A stretch of DNA of 64,000 nt from Kofleriaceae bacterium (GTDB lineage Bacteria; Myxococcota_A; Polyangia; Haliangiales; Haliangiaceae), in NCBI GenBank assembly GCA_046597055.1, contig JBKJLC010000058.1, forward strand, positions 17,649-81,648, read 5' to 3'. The position numbers and the translations under genes were made by a program. Below the pieces are notes generated by a model. It did not search any database and had not been told where the DNA came from. It was given only the letters and a program-made list of their open reading frames with translations. Of this stretch, positions 53,964 to 64,000 are shown piece after piece (position 1 is the stretch's first letter; the number at the start of each line of letters is the position of its first letter).

Positions 53964-54431
53964 ATGGTCGTCTGCCGCCGCGCGCTCCCTGCCGACGCCC
54001 CCGCCTACCTCGCGCTGGTCCACGCCCTGGCCACGTTCGAGCAGCTGCCTCCGCCGGACGAGGCCGCGGCCCAGCGCCTGGTGGCCGACGCGTTCGCACA
54101 GCCGCCGCGCTACGAGCTGTGGGTGGCCGAGGACGCCGGCACGATCGCCGCGTATGCCGTGACCTTCCCCACGTACTCGACATTTCGCGGGCTGCCGACC
54201 CTCTTCCTCGAGGACCTGTTCGTCCACCCCGACGCGCGGCGCCGCGGGGTCGCCCGCGCGATGCTCGCTCACCTGCGCGCCGAGGCGATCGCGCGTGGCT
54301 GCGGTCGGTTCGAATGGAACGTCCTCGACTGGAACACGACCGCGCAGGAGCTCTATCGATCGATCGGCGCGCGGCCGATGACGGACTGGCAGCAGTGGCG
54401 GGTCGATCTACCCGACCCCGCGCGGTCCTGA
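53964..54431 (+). CDS. GNAT N-acetyltransferase (SSAT-like)
   Basis: YSTFRG..LFLEDLFV..ARRRG, RFEWNVLDWN, LYRSIGA. Confidence 0.93.
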   Translation: MVVCRRALPADAPAYLALVHALATFEQLPPPDEAAAQRLVADAFAQPPRYELWVAEDAGTIAAYAVTFPTYSTFRGLPTLFLEDLFVHPDARRRGVARAMLAHLRAEAIARGCGRFEWNVLDWNTTAQELYRSIGARPMTDWQQWRVDLPDPARS

Positions 54432-54438
54432 GCGCCGG

Positions 54439-54966
54439 TCAGATGCCGACCAGGATGCCAAGGGTCCACAGCCGGACGCCGCCGGTGCCCATGTCGGTCT
54501 CGAAACGATCCTGGCTGACCTCGGCCCAGATGCCAGCCTGCCCGAGCAGCGGCGCCTCGCCGCGCAGCTCGAGGCCGAGGGCGCCCGCGATGCCGCTGGT
54601 CGACTGATCGCCGAGGTTGTCGCCCTCGTTGCCGAGCCAGACCCGCTCCAGGCCGAACCGGCCGTAGGCGCCGAACGCGCCCTCGATCGGGACGCTCAGC
54701 CGCAGATGCGCGCCGGCCGCGGTGGCGTCGCCGGTGCCGAAGCCGAACCGCGACAGGCTGCCCTCGAGCGCCAGCCGGCCGACGCCGAGGCCGAGGCCGA
54801 GGCGGCCATTGCCGCCATCGCCCTCGCCCGACATGGCGGCGCCGACGTCGCCCTGGACGGCCGGCTCGCCACCGATGCCCAGCGAGAGGTAGCTGCCGCC
54901 GGCGGCGGCGGTCGAGGCGGTGCCGAGCATGAGCGCAAGCGAGGCAAGCGAGGCAAGACGCGACAT
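54439..54966 (-). CDS. Small 8-stranded outer-membrane beta-barrel protein
   Basis: Signal peptide followed by alternating Gly/hydrophobic strands. Confidence 0.7.
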   Translation of the reverse strand: MSRLASLASLALMLGTASTAAAGGSYLSLGIGGEPAVQGDVGAAMSGEGDGGNGRLGLGLGVGRLALEGSLSRFGFGTGDATAAGAHLRLSVPIEGAFGAYGRFGLERVWLGNEGDNLGDQSTSGIAGALGLELRGEAPLLGQAGIWAEVSQDRFETDMGTGGVRLWTLGILVGI

Positions 54967-54978
54967 GCCAGCTCGTGG

Positions 54979-54994
54979 AGCAACTCGTGTGCCG
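54979..54994 (-). promoter_or_regulatory. Sigma54-type -24/-12 promoter
   Basis: cGGCACACGAGTTGCT, close to consensus TGGCAC-N5-TTGC. Predicted +1 is 2 nt before ATG 54966. Confidence 0.7.
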
Positions 54995-55136
54995 GCGGCC
55001 GCGTCCGCGGATCTGCGGCAGTTCCGAGCGCTTGGCACCCGGACCGTGAGCCGTGGTTCACGGCGGCCGCGCGCGCACTGTCTCCCCGGCGCACGCGTGA
55101 GCGGCGTACGCCGCGGCCACCGCGCCGCGCGGGCCG

Positions 55137-56996
55137 TCAGATCTTCAGGCCGTGCGCGGGTCGCAGCTGGGCTGCCAGGATCGCCGGGTAGATCGTCGCT
55201 GCGACGCTGATCACGATCCCGGAGAAGAACACCAGGGTCACCATGAGCGGGTCGATCTCGATCGGCAGCTCGTCGATGTAATAGACGTCCGGGTTGAGCG
55301 GGAAACCGAAGCGCGACAGCAGCCACGCGCCGACCAGGCCGACCGCGACGCCAAGCGTGATGCCGATGATCCCGATCATCAGGCCCTGGAACACGAACAC
55401 GAACACGATGCCGCCGTCGCTGGCGCCCAGCGTCTTGAGCAGCGCGATCTCCTTGCCCTTCTCGACCACGGTGACGATCAGGGTGCCGACGATCGAGAAC
55501 GAGGCGACCAAGATGATGATCGCGAGCACCAGGAACATCGCGATCTTCTCGAGCTTGAGCGCGGAGAACAGGTTGCGGTTGAGTTCGCGCCAGCCCTGGA
55601 CCCGATAGGCCGGGCCCAGCTCGCGGGCGATGCGCGCGACGATCTCGTCGACGTCGTCGGGCTCCTGGATCCGGACCTCGATGCCGTCGATCGCGTCGCC
55701 CATGCGCAGGAAGTCCTGCAGCGACACCAGCGGCACGTAGACCAGCTTGAGGTCGTACTCGTACATGCCGGTGTAGAACATGCCGGCGACCCGGTAGTCG
55801 CGGTTGAACGGGATCGGGGTGCCGTTGGCGTCGGGGTTCATCGGGTCGGCCAGCGGCGAGACCAGCCGGACCTCCTGATCGATGTAGAGGTGGATCTGCT
55901 TGAACAGCTCCTTGCCGGCGAGCAAGCCGTGCAGCGTCGCCACCCGCGACGACCGCCGGCGGGCGCCGAGCTCGCCCGGGCGCGGGTCGCGGACGATCGG
56001 CGCGTCCTCGGTGTAGTCGCTGGGCGCGGCGTCGTCGATCGCACCGCCGCCGGCGAAGTCCGCGGGCGCGGGATCGCCGGCCGGCGCCGGGTCGGTGGGC
56101 AGGCCGGCCGGCACCGGCAGGTCGACGCCCGGGTCGAGGAACGGGTCGTCAGGTGCGCCGAGCGGCACCGGCATGAGCTCCTCGTCGGGATACGGCGGCG
56201 GCGGCGGCGGCTCGGCCGGGCCGCTGTAGTCGACCGGATCGCCGGCCCCGGGCAGGTCCGACGGCGCCGGATCCAGCACCGGCCCCGACGGCGCCGGCGG
56301 CGGCGACACCAGGGGCGCCTGGGAGCCGTCGACCACCTGAGGCTCGAGCCGGCCGAGCGCCTCGGGATCGGGCCGGCCCTGCTGGTCCTTGATGTTCTTC
56401 TCGAGCTCGGTGACCTCGACCGCGGACGCGACGTCGATGCCCTTCACGACGACGTTGAAGTAGTTGCTGTTGGCGGCGACCACGACCTCGCTGGTCGCGA
56501 ACGCGGTCGACGCGACCACGCCGGGGATGCGCGACAACCGCGCGCGGACCTCCTCGCCCTCGGTGAACTCGCCGTCCTCCTTCGCGATCTGGACGTGCGC
56601 GTTCGAGCCGAGGATCTTGGCGCGCAGGTCCGACTCGAAGCCGTTCATGACCGACAGCACGACCACCAGGGCGGCGCCGCCGATCGACAGGCCGACGATC
56701 GACACCGTCGAGTAGAACGTGAACAGCATCCGGACCAGGAAGACGTAGAAGACGAACACCGCGAGGCCGATGAACCCGTTGCGCGCCGCCACCCAGTCGG
56801 CGTAGTGCACCGAGCCGGTGTCGATCAGGGAGCTCGGGTTGGGCGGGGTCAGGCCGAGCTCGATGAACCCCGTGATCCACAGCGCGTTGACCAGGAACAG
56901 CCCGACGAACGCCAGCGCCAGGGTGCTGACGTGGGGCAGCGGATCCGCGACCAGATAGCGGATCGCGACGAACGTCTGGAAGCGACTTTTCGACAT
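55137..56996 (-). CDS. lolE: Lipoprotein-releasing ABC transporter permease LolC/E with large periplasmic insertion
   Basis: VLSVMNGFE...[42 protein letters not shown]. Confidence 0.9.
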   Translation of the reverse strand: MSKSRFQTFVAIRYLVADPLPHVSTLALAFVGLFLVNALWITGFIELGLTPPNPSSLIDTGSVHYADWVAARNGFIGLAVFVFYVFLVRMLFTFYSTVSIVGLSIGGAALVVVLSVMNGFESDLRAKILGSNAHVQIAKEDGEFTEGEEVRARLSRIPGVVASTAFATSEVVVAANSNYFNVVVKGIDVASAVEVTELEKNIKDQQGRPDPEALGRLEPQVVDGSQAPLVSPPPAPSGPVLDPAPSDLPGAGDPVDYSGPAEPPPPPPYPDEELMPVPLGAPDDPFLDPGVDLPVPAGLPTDPAPAGDPAPADFAGGGAIDDAAPSDYTEDAPIVRDPRPGELGARRRSSRVATLHGLLAGKELFKQIHLYIDQEVRLVSPLADPMNPDANGTPIPFNRDYRVAGMFYTGMYEYDLKLVYVPLVSLQDFLRMGDAIDGIEVRIQEPDDVDEIVARIARELGPAYRVQGWRELNRNLFSALKLEKIAMFLVLAIIILVASFSIVGTLIVTVVEKGKEIALLKTLGASDGGIVFVFVFQGLMIGIIGITLGVAVGLVGAWLLSRFGFPLNPDVYYIDELPIEIDPLMVTLVFFSGIVISVAATIYPAILAAQLRPAHGLKI

Positions 56997-57007
56997 CTAC
57001 GAGCTGC

Positions 57008-58768
<1,761 letters not shown>

Positions 58769-58833
58769 GGGGCGCCGGACCATATACCAGGTCGGTCGGG
58801 TCCGCCGCCGAGGCTTCGTGCTATCACGCGCGG

Positions 58834-60339
58834 ATGCGACACCTCCGCTGGATCGCAGCTGCGGCCGCGATCGCGACCGCCGGCGCGTGCAAGGGCAAGA
58901 GCCAGGACCGCGACCCGGGCGCCACCGCCGGGACCGCTGCCGCTGCGGCAACCGATGCCAGCTGCGACGGCGCGGTCCTGCACGGCGCGCTGCGCTGGTT
59001 CGAGGACGACTACCCGCGCGCGCTCGCGTGCGCGAAGGCGCAGCACAAGCCGCTGCTGATCGACATGTGGGCGCCGTGGTGCCACACGTGCATCTCGATG
59101 AAGACGACGGTGCTCAACGATCCGTCGCTCGCGCCATTCGCCGACCGGTTCGTGTTCGTCGCGCTCGACACCGACCAGCCGACCAACGCGGCGGCGGTCG
59201 CCGGGTTCGCGCTGCAGAACTGGCCGACCTTCTTCGTGGTCGACGCCGCCACCGGCGCGGTGCAGTCGCGCTGGCTCGGCGCGGCGTCGGTGAGCCAGCT
59301 TCGCCAGCTGCTCAAGGACGGCGAGACCGCGTACCTCGCCAGCCAGGGCGGCGCCGCGCTCGATCCGCTGCTGGCGGCGATGCGCACCGGCGATCAGGCG
59401 GCCAACCAGCAGGACTGGACCGGCGCGCGCGCGGCGTGGGAGCAGGTCCTGCGCGACGCGCCCGACGCCTGGCCGCGGCGCTCCGATCTGCTGGTGTCGC
59501 TGGTGTCGGCGCTCTACAAGGCCGAGGCCTACCCGGCTTGCCTGGCCCTGGTGCAGCAGCGCGTCGGCGAGACCGGCACCACCGCCAACGCGACCGACTT
59601 CCTGGTGTGGGGGCTCGAGTGCGCGAGCGCTGACGGGGTCGACCCGGTGCTGGCCGAGGCGGTGCGGCAGACCGCGGTCGGCAACCTGGCCGCGCTCGTC
59701 GACGATCCAGCGGCGACGCTGTCGGCCGACGATCGATCGGACGCGATGATGAACCTGCGCAGCGCGTACGACGCGCTCGGCAAGAAGGCGGAGGCCCGCG
59801 CGGTCGCCGAGCGTCAGCTGGGCTTCCTCGCGGATGCCGCGGCCCGCGCGCCCGACCCGTTCGCGCGCATGACCTATAACTGGCCGCGCGCCGAGGTCCA
59901 CGTGTACCTCGGGCGTGGCGCCGAGCTGGTGCCGGCGCTGGTGCAGAGCGCCAAGGATCTGCCGACCGAGTACGATCCACCGTACCGGCTGGCGTGGGTG
60001 CAGATGAAGATGGGCCAGCCCGCGCAGGCGCTGCCTGTGGCCAAGGCGGCCGCGGCGCTGGCGTACGGGACCCGCAAGGTGCGCGTCCAGGGGCTGGTCG
60101 TCGAGGTCGCCAAGGCGCTCGGCGACGTCGCCGAGGAGCGCGCGGCGCGGACCGAGCTGGTGAAGGTGCTCGAGGGGCTGGCCAAGGAGGCCGCGCAGCC
60201 CGAGGCGCTGGCCAAGGCCCAGGCCGAGCTGGCCGCGCTGGATGCGGCGGGTGGTGGCGATGGCGGCGCGGCCGCGGGCGACGGCGGCGCGGCCGCTGCG
60301 GCGGCAGCACCGGCACCGGCCGCGACCGTGACCCGATGA
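58834..60339 (+). CDS. Thioredoxin-family lipoprotein with C-terminal TPR-like helices
   Basis: Lipobox [15 protein letters not shown], cis-Pro motif NWPTF and an all-helical C-terminus. Confidence 0.88.
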   Translation: MRHLRWIAAAAAIATAGACKGKSQDRDPGATAGTAAAAATDASCDGAVLHGALRWFEDDYPRALACAKAQHKPLLIDMWAPWCHTCISMKTTVLNDPSLAPFADRFVFVALDTDQPTNAAAVAGFALQNWPTFFVVDAATGAVQSRWLGAASVSQLRQLLKDGETAYLASQGGAALDPLLAAMRTGDQAANQQDWTGARAAWEQVLRDAPDAWPRRSDLLVSLVSALYKAEAYPACLALVQQRVGETGTTANATDFLVWGLECASADGVDPVLAEAVRQTAVGNLAALVDDPAATLSADDRSDAMMNLRSAYDALGKKAEARAVAERQLGFLADAAARAPDPFARMTYNWPRAEVHVYLGRGAELVPALVQSAKDLPTEYDPPYRLAWVQMKMGQPAQALPVAKAAAALAYGTRKVRVQGLVVEVAKALGDVAEERAARTELVKVLEGLAKEAAQPEALAKAQAELAALDAAGGGDGGAAAGDGGAAAAAAAPAPAATVTR

Positions 60340-61469
60340 CGTCGATCGACACCCTGCTCGCGCAGGGCGCGCTGCCCGCCGACGGCCACGGCTCGGTGGC
60401 GGTCGCGATCCAGCCGACCACGACGTTCGCGCGGGACGAGGCCTACCAGCTGCCGACGACGCGGATGTACGGCCGCGACGACAACCCGACCGGCGAGCCG
60501 GCCGAGGCCTTGCTGGCCGCGCTCGAGGACGGCGCCGGCGCGATGCTGCTGGGCTCCGGGATGGCCGCCGCGGCGGCGGTGTTCCAGACCCTCGCGCCCG
60601 GCGATCACGTGGTCGCGCCGAAGATGATGTACTGGGCGCTGCGCAGCTGGCTGATCGACTTCTGCGCGCGCTGGCAGCTGGAGCTCGATCTGGTCGAGAC
60701 CCATGACCTCGATCAGCTCGCGGCGGCGATGCGGCCGGGCCGGACCCAGGTGGTCTGGCTCGAGACGCCGGCCAACCCGACCTGGGACGTCAGCGACATC
60801 GCGGGTGCGGCCGAGATCGCGCACGCCGCCGGCGCGCGCCTGGCGGTCGACTCGACCGCGGCGTCGCCGGTGCACAGCCGGCCGCTCACGCTCGGCGCCG
60901 ACCTGGTCATGCACTCGGCGACGAAGTACCTCAACGGGCACTCCGACGTGATCGCGGGCGCGCTCATCACCCGCCAGCTCGACGATCCGTGGCAGCGCCT
61001 GCGCCGGCACCGGCGCACCGCCGGCGCCATCCTGGGTCCGTTCGAGGCGTGGCTGCTCCACCGCGGCCTGCGCACGCTGGCCGTCCGGGTCCGTCGCCAG
61101 AGCGCCTCGGCGCTCGAGCTGGCGCGCGGGCTCGAGGGTCACCCTGCCCTCGCCGCGGTGCTCTACCCGGGCCTGCGCTCGCACCCGCAGCACGCGGTGG
61201 CCGCGCGCCAGATGCACGGTGGCTTCGGCGGCATGCTTTCGATCCGCGTCCACGGCGGCCCGGCCGCGGCGCTCGCGGTCGCCGGCCGTCTCCGCCTGTT
61301 CGCCCGCGCCACCTCGCTCGGCGGCGTCGAGTCGCTGGTCGAGCACCGCGCCTCGGTCGAGCCACCGGACTCGCCGGTGCCCAAGGACCTCCTGCGCCTG
61401 TCGATCGGCCTCGAGGACAGCGGCGAGCTGCTCGCCGACCTGCGGGGCGCGCTGGCGGCGGCGGGTTAA
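60336..61469 (+). CDS. Cystathionine gamma-synthase/lyase family PLP enzyme
   Basis: YGRDDNPT, WLETPANP, HSATKYLNGHSD, ATSLGGVESL, LRLSIGLED. Confidence 0.93.
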   Translation: MTSIDTLLAQGALPADGHGSVAVAIQPTTTFARDEAYQLPTTRMYGRDDNPTGEPAEALLAALEDGAGAMLLGSGMAAAAAVFQTLAPGDHVVAPKMMYWALRSWLIDFCARWQLELDLVETHDLDQLAAAMRPGRTQVVWLETPANPTWDVSDIAGAAEIAHAAGARLAVDSTAASPVHSRPLTLGADLVMHSATKYLNGHSDVIAGALITRQLDDPWQRLRRHRRTAGAILGPFEAWLLHRGLRTLAVRVRRQSASALELARGLEGHPALAAVLYPGLRSHPQHAVAARQMHGGFGGMLSIRVHGGPAAALAVAGRLRLFARATSLGGVESLVEHRASVEPPDSPVPKDLLRLSIGLEDSGELLADLRGALAAAG

Positions 61470-63298
61470 CCGGCCGGCGGCTCGTCGGGCGGCCGCGCGC
61501 CTGGCGGCTGCGCCAGCAGCGGCAGCGGATCGGTGTGCCGGCGCGCGCGCGTGATCGCGCGCTCCAGCCGCATCACCCGCACCCGCGGATCGACCGCCCG
61601 CGCGAAGAAGACGATGATCTCGAGCAGCAGCGACAGCGTCACCGCGACCGCGTAGCAGGCGATCGCGATGTTGATCGCGGGGATCAAGACCAGCAGGCGG
61701 GGCCCGGGCACCTCGACGTACGGCGTCGGGTAGTAGGCCCACACCACGCCGGCCGGCACCATCGCCAGCACCAGCCCGAGCCAGGCCACGCCGTTGGCCG
61801 CGGCCAGGCGCTCGGCGAGCTCGAGCCGCCGCCGCAGCGCGAACCAGCCGGCCAGGATGTGCACGACGGTGCCGACCGCCCCGTACTTCACCAGCTCCCA
61901 GCCGATGTGGCCGCGATCGGGGAGGAGCGACGGCGAGAAGCGCTGACCGAGGGTGCCGATCAGGGTGTAATAGACGATGAAGAACGCGGGCACGCCGACC
62001 AGCAGCACGCGCACGTCGAGGCGCAGACCGCCGCGGGTGCGCAGCCACCACGCCAGCAGCACGGCGAAGCCGCTGGCGAGCACGACCATGCCGCCGCGCA
62101 GCGCGCGGCGACCGAGGCGATCGGCGCGGGCGTCGGCGACCACCCGGTCGACGATCGCGCGGTTGCGCAGGATCCGGGCCCGGTCCCGCGCCGCGATCCG
62201 GGCCGCATCCTCGGGCCCGAGCGCGAGCGCCGCCAGCTGGGTGCGGCCGACGCCGTGCCCGGGTGCCGCGATGCCGAGCAGCGCGGCCGCGGTCGGGGCG
62301 ACGTCGGACAGCTCGGCGCTGGCGATCCGGGCGCCCGGCACGACGCCGGCGCCGATCAGGATGAACGGCACGTCGACCACCACCGGCTCGAGACCGCCGT
62401 GGCCGCCGCGGTCGCTGTGGCCGTGATCGGCGACGATGATCACCGCGTCGTGGCGCAGGTCGACCGCGCGCAGCTCGGCGCGCAACGCCGCGTCGACCTC
62501 GGACGCGGCCGCCAGGTACTCCTCGGAGTCGCCGCCGTAGGCATGGCCAGCGGCGTCGACCGCGCCGACCAGCAGCACCGCCACACCGTCGCCGGACGCG
62601 AGCACGGTGTCGGCGGCGTCGCGAAAGCCGCCGGGCCAGGGCGCATAGCGCGAGTCGTCGAAGTCGCCGTGGAGGTCGACCGTGATCGCGCGCCGCAGGC
62701 CGATCGCGTGCTCCTCCTCGGTCGGCTCGCCCTCGGCCGGCGCGAGCTCGTTCTCCAGCGCCAGCGGGTTGATCGGCGCGGCCCGCCGCGGGCGCAGGAA
62801 CAGCCGGGGCAGCGGCGAGTAGTCGCTGGCGAAGCCGGCGCGCATCGGCGGTCGCGGCGGCGGCGGCTCGCGGACCCGGTCCATCAGCGAGTCGAGCGTG
62901 ACGATGCCGTAGTAGCGATTGGTCCGGACCCCGGACATCGCGGGCGGCACCCCGGTGAGGATGTTGACGTAGTTGGGTCGTGACCAGGTCGGGTAGCCCG
63001 AGCGAGCCTGGCCGTCGACGCCCTTGGCGCGCAGCTCCTGGAGGTAGGGCATGGCCCGCGAGGTGTCGAGGCGCAGGCCATCGATGATCACGATCACGAC
63101 CCGCCGGGCCAGCTGCGGCGTCCCGGGCGCATCGATCATCGGCGGCGCGCTGGCGAGCGCCGGGTGCGGCTGCTCGAGGTCGTACATGAACCCCGCCCCC
63201 GCGGTCCCCGCGCGGAGCGCGCCCCAGCCCGCCACCCCCAGGAGGAGTACGGCGCCGATCACGGACCAGACCACGCTGGGCGGACGCACCACCTTCAC
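61466..63298 (-). CDS. Membrane-bound alkaline phosphatase superfamily protein (phosphoethanolamine-transferase/PIG-O-like motifs)
   Basis: IIDGLRLD, PTWSRP, VDAAGH, ADHGH..RGGHGG. N-terminal TM and about six C-terminal TMs. Start is approximate (63298 or 63328). Confidence 0.85.
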   Translation of the reverse strand: MKVVRPPSVVWSVIGAVLLLGVAGWGALRAGTAGAGFMYDLEQPHPALASAPPMIDAPGTPQLARRVVIVIIDGLRLDTSRAMPYLQELRAKGVDGQARSGYPTWSRPNYVNILTGVPPAMSGVRTNRYYGIVTLDSLMDRVREPPPPRPPMRAGFASDYSPLPRLFLRPRRAAPINPLALENELAPAEGEPTEEEHAIGLRRAITVDLHGDFDDSRYAPWPGGFRDAADTVLASGDGVAVLLVGAVDAAGHAYGGDSEEYLAAASEVDAALRAELRAVDLRHDAVIIVADHGHSDRGGHGGLEPVVVDVPFILIGAGVVPGARIASAELSDVAPTAAALLGIAAPGHGVGRTQLAALALGPEDAARIAARDRARILRNRAIVDRVVADARADRLGRRALRGGMVVLASGFAVLLAWWLRTRGGLRLDVRVLLVGVPAFFIVYYTLIGTLGQRFSPSLLPDRGHIGWELVKYGAVGTVVHILAGWFALRRRLELAERLAAANGVAWLGLVLAMVPAGVVWAYYPTPYVEVPGPRLLVLIPAINIAIACYAVAVTLSLLLEIIVFFARAVDPRVRVMRLERAITRARRHTDPLPLLAQPPGARPPDEPPAG

Positions 63299-63472
63299 CC
63301 TCTCACGATGGCACGAACCCACCCGCACGGCTGAGGCCGGACGCCCTGTTCACCGCCGCGCCGTGCACGCCTACCATGCCCGCCGCTCCGGTTCGTCCCG
63401 ATCCGGCCAGCCATCCCCCCACCGACGCCGGGGGCGTCCATCAACACCGAGCTTGCTTGCGCTGGAGTTCAT

Positions 63473-63829
63473 CCCCGTTCGCCCTGAGCGCAGCGCGTAG
63501 CGCGGAGTCGAAGGGCGCCCCTCGGGATCCCGCACATCTTCCCCGGTGTCCCTGAGCCAGGGCGCGCGCAAGCGAGCCCGCCGTCGAAGGGCAGCCCGTC
63601 GAAGATCACGTGCGGCACCTTGGAGTTCTGACCTTCGACACGGCGCCTGCGGCGCCGGCTCAGGGCCACCGGGAAAGGTGAGCGCTTCCGATCACATGAA
63701 GACTTGTGATCAATCCTGAGCGGCGTCCTTCGACTTCGCCCGCCGCTCCGCGCCGGGCTCAAGCTCAGGACGAACCGGGGAGTCCCGCAGCCGCACTGGC
63801 GATGCTGATCAACCGCTCAGGACGAACGG
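63473..63829. repeat. REP cluster: outer REP pair enclosing copy B (63519-63696) of the 178-bp element
   Basis: CCGTTCGCCCTGAGC...GTCGAAGGG at 63475-63515, CCTTCGAC...GCTCAGGACGAAC at 63727-63775, and an extra GCTCAGGACGAACGG at 63815-63829. Confidence 0.85.
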
Positions 63830-63895
63830 AGTGTGGGGTCGCGCGGCAGCCGCGCTGTGCCCGGGTCGCCGGGTGACGCCCGAGGTCGGTCTCGA

Positions 63896-64000
63896 TCAGT
63901 CGTAGTACTCGGCGCCCAGGTGCGTGATCAGCTCGTCACCCATCGTGTAGCGCAGCGTGTTCTTCAGCTTCATCAGCTGGATGAACAGGTCGTGCTCCGG
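63896..64000 (-). CDS. C-terminal fragment of an unidentified protein
   Basis: PEHDLFIQLMKLKNTLRYTMGDELITHLGAEYYD-stop with typical codon bias. Runs off the window. Confidence 0.75.
   Translation of the reverse strand, partial: PEHDLFIQLMKLKNTLRYTMGDELITHLGAEYYD

Overview
Very GC-rich chromosomal window, most likely from a myxobacterium (Myxococcota). This is inferred from Glt-type gliding-motility barrels, an MshEN/GAF FrgA-like protein, eukaryotic-like Ser/Thr kinases and many Cys-rich lipoproteins. About 47 real CDSs are supported. Envelope biogenesis: ftsY, a giant tamB plus Omp85 pair, lolC/E, lolD, bamA, skp, two GltA/B-like barrels and a GltC-like barrel. Housekeeping and metabolism: thioesterase, ygfZ, modBC, hbd, thiolase, iscS, PPTase, aroA, hisC, dsbD, gcvP, lysC, terC, lysS, metB-like. 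Signalling: two tandem non-RD kinases, a STAS-Zn-ribbon protein and a 4xGAF hybrid kinase. No rRNA, tRNA, CRISPR array, transposase or phage genes were seen. The most interesting signals are non-coding: (1) a hairpin array with a repeated linker motif in the leader of the gliding-barrel genes; (2) a ~430-bp element at 14.15-14.58 kb made of inverted GGCTCC microsatellites around a long hairpin, with a C-skew halo in the flanking genes; (3) two 178-bp REPIN-like elements, one nested in an outer REP pair; (4) sigma54-type and extended -10 promoters placed to give leaderless mRNAs, including one for each duplicated kinase. All family calls are by-eye motif recognition; no database searches were run.
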